Shown here piece by piece: positions 38,612 through 52,878 of a DNA stretch of 64,000 nucleotides (its first letter is position 1; every line of letters starts with the position of its first letter). The position numbers and the translations under genes were made by a program. Location of the stretch: the NCBI GenBank assembly GCA_951406725.2, contig OX597819.1, positions 114,018,001 through 114,082,000 of the forward strand, read 5' to 3'. Under the pieces are notes generated by a model. It had not been told where the DNA came from, searched no databases, and saw only the letters and a list, made by a program, of their open reading frames with translations. The DNA is from Octopus vulgaris (taxonomy: Eukaryota).

Positions 38612-41600
38612 ATTCAGCATTATGGCCTTCTTTATAAAAAATAAAACTGCACAAATCTATCATCTGGTCAAAACAGTGAAAGTCAGTAGATATATTTGGA
38701 TATATATAGAGTAGAATCCAAAGGAAGAAAATACTTGTATTTCTTCACTTCATAGATTATGTCCTCTAGCACTCTAGATCCAGTCTGACGAATTCTTCAC
38801 ATCTTGTTTTAAATAGGTACGACTGATGTTGCTTATAAATAGGTATGATGTTGCTTATATTATATTTGATGCTGCCCCCAGAAAAATATCAAATTCAGGC
38901 TGTATTCCAACAATTCTTCGCATTATGAAGAGAATCAAAAATTTCATCAGCCTCCTCTGGCCCCTGTGCTGGTGGCATGTAAAAAGTACCAACCGATCAT
39001 GAGCGTTGCCAGCCTCCCCTGGCCCCTGTGCCGGTGGCACGTAAAAAGCACCCACTACACTCACGAAGTGGCTGGCGTTAGGAAGGGCATCCAGCTGTAG
39101 AAACACTGCCACATCAGACTGGAGCCTGGTGCAGCCTCCTGGCTTCCCAGACCCCCCCGTCGAACCATCCAACCCATGCTAGCATGGAAAACGGACGTTA
39201 AATGATGATGATGATGATGATAAACTCCACTCCACTAAATCTTGATGAATAACTAGAACCTTGTGTGTGGGAAATAGAAAAGGTTCCCTTTGCATTCAGT
39301 GATGCAGAGGTACATTTAAAACATAGTGTAGACATCTTCATCTTAGCTTGGACCAAAATTTAGCTATTTTATAGAATTTCATCATCATCATCACTACTAA
39401 GGCAGTGAGCTGGCAGAATCGTTAGCATGCTGGGCAAAATGATTAGCAGTATTTCGTCTGTCTCCACATTCTGGGTTTAAATTCCACGTAGGTCGACTTT
39501 CGTTCTTTCGGGAGTCGATAAATTAAGTATCGGTTGAACATTGGGGTTGATATAATCGACTAGCACCCTCCCCCAAAATTCCTGGCCTTGTGCCGAAATT
39601 TGAAACCATCATTATTATTATTATTATTATGCATGCAACTACAGTTTTCAATGACCAGTTTCCACAGGGTGAGGGTATACCAGCCAGTCATTGATAGTTT
39701 GCTTGATGTGTACTTCATCCATACAAATTCGAAGAACCAACGTACAGAGAACACCTGGTATGGTGGTGATAGCGGGGAGGATCGACAGAGATACAATATT
39801 TTACCTCAAGTTTGATATTTACTTGCTAGCCAACATGTCTGAAAAGTTTCGAAGGTTAAACTTGGAAATGACATCGAGACACAATCAGCATCCCCGCCCT
39901 CATCATAGATTCCATTCTTTAGAAAATTCAAAGCTTCTACTTCTCAGAGATCTGAAATTTCAGTCCGACTTAAAATGACCTTTATTAACGAATGTCTAGT
40001 AACATCCCCAATATTCCAGAAACCTACAACTCACAACCCATCCTAACCAACCAACTCTCCTCATTTTATGCTGACGTTAACAATTTTTACGGTGATAATT
40101 CAAGCCAAGGAAATTCCTTTGTGGAGAATTTAAATCTGTTTTTCTATTGATCCTGATTTCATTTTAAACCAAACGTGGAAATGCTTAAATGCTACGATAT
40201 TAAACGAATTCACTAATTAAGTAACAATGATGCACAAGCTATTCTCCCTTTTATATGCATCTCTAATATAATGTAAATTTGTTTTTGTGATCTAATATTA
40301 AAAATGCGGCTCTGTTGATATATTGATATAACTTGTTATATCTGCTACATTTTGCCTAATGACTTTGGGTCGAAGTCGAAATTGTACACCAGGAAATATT
40401 TCTTAACTGCTTAAAATTTCTGATTTGATTTAATAGTGATGGCTAGCATTAGAGTGTCTGTAATACATTAGTAATAATCTGATCCGTCGAACCGATCACA
40501 TTTATGAGAAAAATAACAATTAATCTCAATTATTGCATGACGAGTTTAATGCAACGAAGCAGTGAAATAGGATGGCAAGTGTATTAATTAGCATCCGACT
40601 ATTTGATTATTGTAATTTGTTTAATTTAAAATGTATTGGATCTCGGAAATATTCGGAATTATGATTCAATCATTTATATATGAAGGCTGTACTGTACTAT
40701 AAGACAGCGTAAACAGAACCACTGAATCGCAGTTGAAAGCTTGCATGAATTTAGCGCTAAGTCCTTGACATCGAAGTGACTAGCTTGTGCTATTCTGGCT
40801 ACTCTGGCACTGGTCCTCGATTTGGGTTGACCTGCAGCTTGATAATACTAATAACAGCTGTATAAACACAAATTGGACAGTATAGTGGGGGTAAATAATT
40901 TGCCTCAGATTTTTACATGGTGCGCCATACAATTAACCACTGCATGTCAGAGCAGAAACCATAGTGGCTAACGTTGTTGAGCCAAAATTCATCTGGTGTA
41001 ATTGATCTATCAATCGCGCTTAGACTAACTACATCGACGATACCCTCAATTAAAACTGACTTGGACGTAAACGACAGTAAGAACGGTTCAAACAATAACA
41101 ATAAAAACTGCTGCAGCAAAAATTTGGTATAATATCCCTTGACTTCGTAATATAAAAAGTAACAGTAACAATGTGATATTAACATCACACAGCTTCCTTT
41201 TACCTTCTACACGTATTGCAACACTATCATTATTATTCAACAGTATTAACACCAGGCAACGATGGTGATTCTACTTGGTTGCTCGACCTGCTAGAGAAAT
41301 AGCTACGATATTTCCCTCAAATCACAACCTCACTGCTTTAAAAATAACGTGACATTGGATTATGTGAACATGAATTCCCTGTACATAGGAAAGAGAGGGA
41401 GAGAAATGTCACGGTTGGAACGCCTTTGATCATGTGTCTGCTCGAGCAAAGTTAATTTACGGGCTACATAAGGACAGAAATGACGAAATTAACATTATCA
41501 TCGTAATCGTTATGATCGTTAACAATAAAAATACGAACGATATAAAAAAGATGCCACAACAAAGATAAATCACCAACAAAACAATAGCAGTTGGAAAAGA

Positions 41601-42051
41601 AAAAAAGATAAAAGTAAACAAGAAAGAAACAACAAATAAAAACGCGCGCGCGCGCGCACACACACACACAAATGAAACCCCGAGCCAACAAGATGGACAG
41701 CCAGAGTCGTTAGTGTCGGAGAAAAATGCCTCGCGATTATTCTTTGCGTCAATCCCGTGAGGTCAGTTTTATATTTCCTCGTTCCAAGATCGATAAAATA
41801 AAGTACCAGTCAAGTACCGCGAATCGATTTACATATGTTTCTAGAATTCCGTTTATATCCTAAAATGAATGGAATTATAAAAGACAAAAATAACAACACC
41901 AAGCAACACGCTCCAGATAAAGATCTGTTCAATGCAACAAGTGTGTTTCTTTAAAGGAAAAAACTTCCCTCCCTCTTTCTCTAAAATAGGAAGGTCACGA
42001 AATAACAATGGACTTGTATACAGTAAATCGATCTACTCCATGTAATAACTA

Positions 42052-42535
42052 CCGTAAATCCTTGAGTATAATTCGCATTTTCCCCCAAAAATTTAAAGGT
42101 CAAATTCCCTAGTGCGTACTATATACGAGGTTAAAAATATCCGAGTCTCTATTTACTGCCCGGCAATGGTTATTCAAACGCATTTTGTGATGTCGGGCGC
42201 GAAAATACCTGAAGCTAAGCCTGAAAGCAATGAAGTCATAAAAGAATCATCCATAACTTGCAATAAGCAACATATATTAAAATAAAAGTATTCAGAACAC
42301 AGAATAACATGTAACAAATACAATTTGCAAACATATTTACATTCCCATATAGCAGTTAAGAACATCACCATTATTGTATTACGCATGCGCGGAAGTGTTT
42401 GTTCGACTAGGTGCTGCTGACTTAATTACGCACGACTCAAGTTAGAGAAGGAGTGCGTATTATACACATGGTTTAGGTTTTTCAGAGGTACAGCCCCCTA
42501 AAATTCCCCTGCGTATTATACTCGAGGATTTACAG
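42052..42535. mobile_element. Tc1/pogo-type MITE
   Basis: TA TSD; TIR ccgtaaatccttgagtataa/ttatactcgaggatttacag. Confidence 0.85.
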
Positions 42536-43073
42536 TAAAACCCTTTTAAAAATCTTTAAATTCTTTTGTACGTTTCAGCCCTAAAACTGTAGTCATGCTG
42601 GAGCACCTAAAATAATCTTAATTTTCTAAAATTATTTCGAAGATTATGTATTACCTGAGAGAATACACTCGTTTGCCAGAAACAAAAGCCAAAGATCCTT
42701 CAAACCACAGCCTATCAACTTGAAAAAAAAGTTAAATGATGGAGTTGGAATTTGTGCAACCCGAAGTTGTCTTTGACTTTTCCCCCACCCCTCCTCTATC
42801 CCACTACACCATTTCCATGAAAAATAACAATATGCACCTTAAAAAACGCTTTCATACCTAAAATTCTACGGAAGACGAGCCCTACTTCGTCCCCTTGCAG
42901 CTACGCTAGTGATGGCAAATATTGTAGTCTGATGAAAAAAAGAAAAGAGTGAGGTTTTCATTTTTTAGTCAAAGGCCTGCTCGTTCAAAGGCTACATAGG
43001 ACTAAACAACAGCACATAAGGGTTTTGGAGCTATTTCAAGATCGTGTAGAGTTCATTCGACCTGCAAGAAATA

Positions 43074-43441
43074 GGCGCAAGAGTGGCTGTGTGGTAAGTA
43101 GCTTGCTCACCAACCACATGGTTCCGGGTTCAGTCCCACTGCGTGGGACCTTGGGCCACTGTCTTCTACTATAGCCTCGGGCCGACCAAACCCTTGTGAG
43201 TGGATTTGGTAGACGGAAACTGAAAGAAGCCCGTCGTGTGTGTGTGTGTGTCTGTGTTTGTCCCCCCAACATCGCTTGACAACCGATGCTGATGTGATTA
43301 TGTCTCCGTAACTTAACGGTTTGGTAAAAAAAGACCGATAGAATAAGTACTAGGCTTAGTACTGGGGTCGATTGTTCGACTAAAAGCGGTGCTCCAGCAT
43401 GGCCGCAGTCAAATGACTGAAACAAGTAGAAGAGTAAGAGT
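43074..43441 (+). mobile_element. SINE family A
   Basis: CpG-intact full copy. Confidence 0.9.
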
Positions 43442-44527
43442 AAGAATAGCAGTAAAATTTCTCTTAAATCTTACCCGTTTCGGAAGAGGAAAGAGCAAGG
43501 ATATTAATCAGTGTTCCTCAATCATTTTAATCGACTTCATGATACATTGGAATGAAATACCAAAAGTGCAGCCTCTCTCGCTACCGAACACTCAAAAATC
43601 ACCAATAGTACATCTGACCTAATCGATGTTTTAGTCATTTAAAAGTACTGAATATCTCCGTTTGGCTAACCGTTGCTGCATTGGGATGCTCTACTCAATA
43701 TCTCATTCAGTCTTGATTGCCAACGTCTGTGATATCTAACACGAACCAACCTCTGCTACTCCACGATCCCCAACCACCGTTCCATCCCATGTTCAACTAC
43801 CCCTAAAACCTAAATTCACTGGTTTTTGACTTCGTGACGCCACGGAGATTAAATAAAAGCTCCGAGGCACCGGGAGATAAAAAAGAAAAGGAAAAACATT
43901 ACGATTTGCAAATGGAAAGTTGAACGAAAATTATTGATATAAAGATAAAGGTTATAAATAAAAAAATAAACAAACTATTTATCTTGTTTTATTAATCGTA
44001 TTTGTGTATATAAAAGAATGATGAATAGCATGTTTTTTAAAGACACATGTATTCAATATGGATGTTCTGAAGTTTTAAATTATATTTTTTTTAAATCACG
44101 GTATACGTAGAACGCTCTTCGTGATGGCTCGTTTGGGAACCACTGCATTAAATAATGTAGTCCTGCAAACGGAAATGTCATGGATGGAATATTTTTGATT
44201 ATTGATCTCTTCGATCTGAGTTGAATCGGTAGTGGTACGCTGGTGGTAAACAATACCGCGCGGACTTAAAAACTGAGCGATAAACTATTGAACGAGGGCT
44301 TCTGCATGATTGCTCGATCTTACATGAAATAGCAGTCAAATTTCTCTGAAATCGTACCATGCTGTCATGCCTCCCCCCTCTCTCTCTCAAAAAAAAAAGA
44401 GATGCATTTGGATGCCATAGTCCTGGGTACTCTGTCCAGAAGAAACTGGATGATTACAATTAGAATGCTCTTGATCATTGATATCTGCTCAATTAAGAAT
44501 AAAAAACAACTACTACTATAATAATAA

Positions 44528-45178
44528 TCGTTTCTACTCTAGGTACAAGGCCCAAAATTTTTGGGGAGTGGGCCAGCCGATTAGATTGACCCCAGTACGC
44601 AACTGGTACAGATTTAATCGACCCCGAAAGGATGAAAGGCAAAGTCGACCTCGACGGAATTTGAACTCGGAACGCAAAGACAGACGAAATATATATTTCT
44701 TTACTACCCACAAAGGGCTAAACACAGAGAGGATAAACAAGGACAGACAAACGGATTAAGTCGATTATATCGACCCCAGTGCGTAACTGGTACTTAATTT
44801 ATCGACCCCGAAAGGATGAAAGGCAAAGTTGACCTCGGCGGAATTTGAACTCAGAACGTAGCGGCAGACGAAATACCGCTAAGCATTTCGCCCGACGTGC
44901 AAACGATTCTGCCAGCTCGCCGCCCTCGCGGCAGACGAAATATCTATTTCTTTACTACCCACAAGGGGCTAAACACAGAGAGGACAAACAGGGACAGACA
45001 AACGGATTAAGTCGATTATATCGACCCCAGTGCGTAACTGGTACTTAATTTATCGACCCCGAAAGGATGAAAGGCAAAGTCGACCTCAGCGGAATTTGAA
45101 CTCAGAACGTAACTGCAGACGAATTACGTCTACGTATTTTGCCCGGCGTGCTAACGTTTCTGCCAGCTCGCCGCCTTC
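44528..45178 (-). mobile_element. SINE family C multimer (3 core units)
   Basis: 16-bp TSD actactataataataa around the whole multimer. Confidence 0.9.
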
Positions 45179-46149
45179 ACTACTATAATAATAACAGAAG
45201 GATCGCGATTTTTATCTAATCAGTCATTGAGTAATCTGCGTGTTAAGGGTTTTGGAAGAAGGTTACCAGAAGTACTTTCTATGTAGAATTAAGTAGGGGT
45301 GGGAGTGAGTTAATTAATTAATATGTTCTCTGAAGTGTTATATAATTTTAATTGCCAACTGAACCAATGAGTGAACTTCCAAATAATGACTCACACGACC
45401 TGTTCGATCTCACTTCAAAAATTTACTTTCCTGTTGTCTTTAAAATGGAGGTATACCTTTATGTTTTAAATTTCCGAATCAATGGAAAGACTGTCCTGCA
45501 ATAAGGAAAAAGGTAGATGCATGTAAGCTGGGACATTTGATACATAAAACATTCCTGAACTGCAATAAAAGTTATGTTCTAATCCTTTCTTCGACTGGTT
45601 TCTTTAAATTCTGTGCACTAATCTGTTGTCTATGCGGGGCGGGTGGTGGTGATGATGGTGGTAGTGGAGTGTTTGTCGTCGCCGTCACCGCAAATCCCAT
45701 CATCATGCCGCCTCCTCCCCCCCAAAAAACAAGAATGATCGTTCAGTTGCAGGGTGGGACGAAAAGCACAAAGAATAATAAGTTATTAATTTAAATGTTA
45801 AGCTTTAAAAAATTATTAACAAAGTCAAACGTAGAGAGAGAGAGAGAGAAGTAAAGCAAGCAAAAGTAAGAAAAATCCTAAGATTTGGTGAGTTACAGGC
45901 CACTACTCTAATATGGGTAAGGCTTTACATACGGTATTTTACGAAATAGAAACTCCATAATAATTGAGATGAATTATCTTTGAGCTAAATCAGAAACAGA
46001 TTTCAGTTGGTATATAACAATTATTATGATAGATAAAGGGTTGTTGGTAAACTTTAAAATGTAACGGATTCAAAACCAAATCGCTAGACAGCCGAGCAGA
46101 CACCACGATTAAATCAGTCGTTTCATGTAACTGGCCGATTAACAATCAG

Positions 46150-46900
46150 TCAATTTCTTCATTAACCATGAGGTTGAGAAAAAGAAGGGACGATACGAGG
46201 ACAGACAAAACAAACATTGGGGTCAGGATATCGAATGAGACGAAATTTATGAATAAACGATTAAAATATATACAATTAAATGAGAATGAGTGATTTACAA
46301 AAAATGAAGCGGAGGACGCGGTCGACCCCATAAACCACATACTCACACTGAAGACTTTGCTTTCTCCTTTTTATACTCTCGTTTAAACAGGTTCTTTCAC
46401 TCGCAGCATACTTGTTATAGACTTCCATCTTTTACGAAACACACTTTGCGACAGGCATTTCTTCTCCAGCCTTACTTTCCGTTTCATGTGGAAAACGAAA
46501 AAGTCGATTAGCTCGAGACTGGAGATTAACATGCCTGTTGCAATTCCTTTCTCTCTCGTCTTCCATACTACTTCTTTCGCAACAGCAACTACCGAGAGAA
46601 AACAGGCTCGCTCTTCCCTGTCAGCGGAACGATCTTAATTACAGATTCGCTCGACAGTTGTAATCTTCTCGAATGCAAAAGCAGGTGTTCGACATAAGCC
46701 CATCGCGTGATTTGACTTTCTTGAACTTTCACATTGAGACCTTATATAAAGGTGGTTTCTGATGGTGATGGCAGAACGCTGAGGCCGCCGCTCTCCATTC
46801 TCATTCATCAAGAGCCGTTGGCAGATAGAAGGAACATATATTCTCGCCATGAATATAGCGCGATTATTTTCCAGTTGTAATGGGCCAGTCACAGATTATT
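46150..46900 (-). mobile_element. L1/Tx1-clade LINE 3' end
   Basis: WAYVEHLL...AKEVVWKTR...FHMKRKVRLEKKCLSQSVFRKRW then stop and 3' UTR. Confidence 0.7.
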
Positions 46901-46919
46901 ATAACAGTTAATTGTCCAG

Positions 46920-47165
46920 TGGAGGCAAGTGGCTTAGTGGTTAGAATATTGGACTCATGATTGTAAGATTGTGGTTTCGATTCCTGAACTGAGCGATGCG
47001 CTGTGCTCTTGAGCAAAACACTTCATTTCACATTGCTCTACTCCACTCAGCTGGCAAAAATAAGTAATCCTGCGACGGACTGGCGTCTTGTCCAGGAAGG
47101 AAATATATACGCCATTGAAACCGTGAAACCGGCCCTATGAGTCTATATGACTCGAGAAGGATCTT
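46920..47165 (+). mobile_element. tRNA-derived SINE, family B variant
   Basis: tRNA-like head; related to 30822-31075. Confidence 0.8.
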
Positions 47166-47949
47166 TACGTTACTAGTTTTTCTGGGTCCCATTTGTATGT
47201 CACTCCCGGTGTATAACTGTCGCTGTTAGTTTTTGTTAAGGGACCAACACAGAAAACACTATGTGCAGTTAAATAAATCTTCTATTACTTGTTCACGAGT
47301 GTTGTTGATTACTTGATAGATACTTTCATTCACCAGCAGCAAATAAACCGCTCGAGATAAAATCTAGAGTAGGATTGAAAACTATTAAAATAACAGCCAG
47401 CTGGTATAGATGAAGATGCTACTTCTAAATTTCTTAAACTTAGGCTTTGGTTTGTCATAAGCCCTAGGTTTCATTGGGATGGAACTAAACTCGGTGTTCA
47501 TGGCATGTAAGTGATTGAGGTTATCTGATATTTTCTGAAGAATTGAAGAAAAAAAAAGACAATAATGATAATTGTAAATTAATCTAATGGAGATCAGTTT
47601 TCACAAGAAGAAAATACCACCAAACATTGTAAACTGGATATAAAATTTCAAAATATTGTATTGCATCTTTTCTAGAAAGCAATGCTAATGGGGCCTTTAA
47701 GTTGTAACTTGGGTTGGATGTGTTATTTAAATTTTGGTTAGGCTGATTTTAAGCTACGTACTGTTTCCCACTTACAAACAATCAAGTCCATTTTAGATTT
47801 TCGAAGAGTTCATTCATTTACACATAACTTTACAATATTTATAACGGTTGCTTGCTGAGGGCTGCATCACTGTTTACTAGTAGAAAGACATGAATATATG
47901 TTGTATTAGGCTACGAATCAGCTAGCAACATATGGCGAGATGCTAGAAT

Positions 47950-48367
47950 GGATCTTTTCAGTTTGAACGACAGTTTTTCTAGCGGTGTCATATGAAATTG
48001 TCACCCATAATTATGACCCTAGTATCGATCTATTGCATTTCAATCTGTTTTGGGGTTAGGGTTAGGGGTGGGGGAAAGGGTATCTTTTTTTCTTCACGAA
48101 TGTAAATAAACCCAATCTGTTTCTCAAACGAGGGACATATTCATACGGCACAGAATGTTTTCACCTCAATAGACGTCATTGATTGGTTGAAATTGCAGAA
48201 ATTGAAGAAAAAACAACAACAAATATCTTACATACTATAGGATTTTCTCAATAAAGCCAAGAGAAAAAGATGTTTTATAAACACATTCTACCAGTATACG
48301 AAGTTTAAAAGTGTTTAGTTACGTGGAAATTATTTTAAAAAAACTGCCGGTCAAACCGAAAAGATCC
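47950..48367. mobile_element. TIR element (superfamily uncertain)
   Basis: TIR GGATCTTTTCAGTTTGA/TCAAACCGAAAAGATCC; no clear TSD. Confidence 0.75.
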
Positions 48368-49155
48368 GCGATAATTTTATATGTTCATGGTGGACAAACG
48401 ATTCTTTTTAACCCTAAGTCCAGCAGCGACCAAGAATCTCATCCTCTCAGGTCCTGAAACCTACAGCATTGATTGTGACGCGCAACTCGATTTATAGATC
48501 GAATGATTGCAGTTGAAATAGCTTTCTCTGACAATCGGGCTGATGTCGCTTGATGTGCTGTGGCCTGCCTCTTGTTACTGAGGTAACAAAATTTTGATTG
48601 TTTACTTGTATTACGAACTGAAAATCCAAGGGCTTTGAAAGACTGCAATAAACGAATATTTCCAGTTATTTGACCAGCAAATAGAGAAAAGAAAAATAGG
48701 ATGGAACACAGACTCATGTCCGGCAGTTAACGTCTATTATAAATCAAATGCGTAACTTTCGAAGCTCTTTTAGTTTAAGACAATACCCCTGGACATCCAG
48801 TGTCACTAAATGACTAATCTGAAATGTTGAAAAATTATTTTGTTGAAGTTATTTCTACAGAAATTATAACTAGCACCGACTTTTTACTACAACATTTCGT
48901 ATCGAGACATCAGATGTAAATAACAAGATCGGAGATAAAAATGGATGATGAGTGTATATACGATACTTCGGGGGAATTTACTCCTTCGTCAGTACCCGTC
49001 TAATCCACTCTTCTCTCCGAACACATTGGTTATATAGCCACCGCATACAGCGGTGTTACATTATTGGATTAAACATATTTCTGGAGCTGGTATGTGAATA
49101 TCAATGACTTGTGGGCACGTGGTATTCCGTTATGCAACCATAATATACTATAAAG

Positions 49156-49374
49156 CAGTGGTTTTCAACCAGTGTTCCGCGGAACCTTAGGGTTCCGTCA
49201 GTACAGTCCAGGGGTTCCGCAAGAAGTTCCAAAACTGTTAAAATCGGCAGTAATTTTTAATTCTCCTGTGCAGATATGTGTGCATAAGACTATTAAATTA
49301 TTGCACAGGGGTTCCTCGAGCCAGTGGAATGTTTCCTTGGGGTTCCGCTCCAGCAAAAAGTTTGAAAAGCACTG
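49156..49374. mobile_element. hAT MITE
   Basis: Exact 8-bp TSD ctataaag; same family as 21948 and 54541. Confidence 0.9.
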
Positions 49375-50404
49375 CTATAAAGTATATATACTCTCTTTTA
49401 CTTGTTTCAGTCATTTGATTGCGGCCATGCTGGAGCACCACCTTTAGTCGAGCAAATCAACCCCAGGACTTATTCTTTGTAGGCCTAGTACTTATTCTAT
49501 CGGTCTCTTTTACCGAACCTCTAAGTTACGGGGACGTAAACACACCAGCATCGGTTGTCAAGCGATGTTGGGGGGACAAACAGACACACAAATATATACA
49601 CACACATACACATATGTATACACTTATACGACGGGCTTCCTCCAGTTTCTGTCTACCAAATCTATAGTAGAAGACACTGGCCCAAGGTGCCACGCAGTAG
49701 GACTGATTCCGGGACCATGTGATTGGTAAGCAAGCTACTTTATTTCAATGATTTTGCCATAAAGGCATTACACAGAGGGGGACACAACACGTGTGAGGAC
49801 ATATAACAATTAAAACTATAAAAATAAAATACGATATAATGAATGATACATGAAAATGAACATGAAGAACAAATTAAAATATGATAATATGAATGATATC
49901 TGAAAATGATATTATGAAGAGTGTGCTACTCACCCCGCACTGAGTAACACCACTCGCTGGGTGCACCAATTTACATATTAAACGCATTCGTGGGGCTGTT
50001 ATGTAAATATCAATGACTTGTAGACCCGTGGTACCCATTTTTGTCTCCGAGCTAATTTTGTTTACATCTGACGTCTCGTTACGAAACGTTGTAGCAAAAG
50101 ATCAGTGCTGGTTATAATTTCTGTAGAAAGAACCTTAACAAAATAATGTAAAGAACACTGCTAACGCAGTAGAACATGGTGTTAACTCATAAAAAAAAAA
50201 ACAACCATTTAATATACTTTATTATGATTGCATAACAGAATACCACGTGCCTACAAATCATTAATATTTACATAATAGCACCAGGAATGCGTTTAATATG
50301 TAAATTAATATACCCAATAACTTAACACCGCTGTATGGGGTGGCTATATAACCAACGTGTTAGGAAAGAAGATTCTCCGAAATATGACGTATATACTCAT
50401 TATC

Positions 50405-50869
50405 TGTTTCTTATTTCCCAAAAGGGGCTAAACATAGAGGGGACAAACAAGGACAGACAAACGGATTAAGTCTATTACATCGACCCCAATGCATAACTGG
50501 TACTTAATTTATCGACCCCGAAAGGATGAAAGGCAAAGTCGACCTCGGCGGAATTTGAACTCAGAACGTAACGGCAGACGAAATACTGTTTAGCATTTCG
50601 CCCGGTGTGCTAACGGTTCTGCCAGCTCGCCGCCTTAAAATCTTTACTACCCATAAGGGGCTAAACACAGAGGTGACTAACAAGGACAGACAAACGGATT
50701 AAGTCGATTATATCGACCTCAGTGCGTTACTGGTACTTATTTAATCGACCCCGAAAGGATGAAAGGCAAAGTCGACCTCGGCGGAATTTGAACACAGAAC
50801 ATAACGGCAGACGAAATACTGTTTAGCATTTCGCCCGGTGTGCTAACGATTCTGCCAGCTCGCCGCCCT
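50405..50869 (-). mobile_element. SINE family C dimer
   Basis: 16-bp TSD gtatatactcattatc around both units. Confidence 0.9.
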
Positions 50870-51059
50870 GTATATACTCATTATCGTCAGTACAACTTGA
50901 TTCTTACAGCTTTTTCTTCTGATTGCTATACTTAGAAGAAAAAGCTAATTAAACTTCAAGGCATTAAAAACATTTATTCTTAATGAGAATAATAAAAGAC
51001 TTCTGAAATAATGTCGCTCTATTGCCCTATCGACAAGACTAGCAGGTATCCTTATGCAT

Positions 51060-51560
51060 CATTGATCACAATTCTATTCTACCATTGATTGCTTCCTTTT
51101 TCGTTTGAAACGGAATTTCTTAGCTATGTCGTCTTTCTGTCGTCTTCAAGGTCTCCCGAGTGGTCTCCTCAGATATCACACGACAACTACATGGGTCCAC
51201 TTGTTGCCTGCGAACATTGCGACTTGTTCAGTCCCTGGAACTTGCACTTTCAGCATTCTGTAATCCCGTCATTCATTCCACCCACTTTCTCGAATTATCT
51301 CGATTCGGATATGCTTCTGCAATGATATTCTAAAAATGGATCATTCCATAGCTTTCTTTGTCGTAGTCAATTTTTGTAGTAGCCAATGTTTCGCTTATAA
51401 GAGCGCAGATAGTACGATGTTGTTGAAGAGATAGGTACGCAGATTCGTTACCCAATAGTGCTTTCGACACGGCTTAAAGCAAGGCAAACAAACATCTTTC
51501 ACCCTACTCTGTGCGAGATTTTAGCATTCTTGTCACGGCATATATTTACTGTCTGTTTCC
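51060..51560 (-). mobile_element. decayed RTE LINE 3' region
   Basis: SETLATTK...NKWTH...RRPLGRP motifs. Confidence 0.55.
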
Positions 51561-52203
51561 ACAATTTCATCGTTTCTTCCTCTCTTTAATTAGTGGTGAA
51601 TAATGATTATGAATACTAAACAGTGGTGAATAATGAAAAAAACAAAAAACAAAAAAACATCACTGTTAAAGGAAAAAAATTAGGTTTTGAGGATATTGAT
51701 GCAATAAACGTCCGGGACTAATTAGATTGACATTTGAAAGGCTTGGATGATGGCGAAGTCTTGGAAACAGAAGAGCAGAGACCGTACGAGGAAAAATAAT
51801 CAAAAGATTCTGTCGAAGACGAAAATGATTCAAAAGAACTAATAAGATTCGAAGAACTTGAAAGAAGGTTTCAAGATTTATGAATAGTTAAGAAACGATA
51901 AGTAAAAATAGTTTAACGTGCATGTTTAATTTACCTTTGTTAGGGTGATGTATTTTTGTGCTTTAATATAACTTCAATGTTTCGAGAATCAATAATGATC
52001 AATCCTGAATCAATTAATTTTTTTGCCTTTGATTGTTATATTTAAACAGTGCGGTTCTGATTAATGCGGTTACAGAATAGGATGAGTTAATCGCACTAAT
52101 CAAAGGTTATGTGTAATGGGGCATTTCTCAGCGACGTAAGCAGGAACGAGAGACGGAATCAATATTGGTTGTCGATTCTGTTATCTAGTGGGATTTATTT
52201 TTA

Positions 52204-52442
52204 GGTACTATTTAAGAAGAGTGGTCCCGGTGCGCGCACTCGCGCATCCTCGCTAGCTAGTCGTGACTAGTCGATCCTACGACTACCTAGCAAAGTAAAT
52301 AAAACAAAAAATTTTTTTACACAAAGTAAATAATCTTTTTTAAACAAAGTAAATAAAACACAAAAACACAAAGTAAGGATCGACTAGTCACGACTAGCTA
52401 GCGCGATTGCGCGCACCGGGACCACTCTTCTTAAATAGTACC
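52204..52442. mobile_element. PIF/Harbinger-type palindromic MITE
   Basis: TTA TSD; GGTACTATTTAAGAAGAGTGGTCCCGGTGCGCGCA TIR extending ~70 bp. Confidence 0.85.
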
Positions 52443-52658
52443 TTATTTTTATTTATAAAACACTCGGTACCTCAGACATATAGTAAAAAGTAGACGAAAT
52501 GGGTTATAAAGGTTATTTTCACTCATTTTTTCCTCTCGAATGTAAAGAAACTCTCACTGTGTGTGTGCGCGTGCGTGTGTATTTGAGAGAGCGAGCTAGA
52601 GAAAGAATGTGTTTGTGTATGTATGTTCTCTCTCCCTCCCTCTCTCTCTCTCTCTGTT

Positions 52659-52826
52659 TACAAGCGCAAGCGTGGCTGTGTGGTAAGTAGCTTGCTTACC
52701 AGCCACATGGTTCTGGGTTCACTCCCACTGTGTGGCACCATGGGCAAGTGTCTTCTACTATAGCCTCAGGCCGACCAAAGAATTATGAGTGAATTTGGTT
52801 GACGGAAACGGAAAGAAGCCCGTCGT

Positions 52827-52878
<52 letters not shown>

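Noticed and set aside
39588-39978. Short ORFs at the CpG boundary
   Set aside because: No motifs or consistent splice structure; candidate minus-strand frames hit stops
40913-41188. 91-aa ORF
   Set aside because: Only a faint RT-like remnant (HYGF); not supportable as a gene
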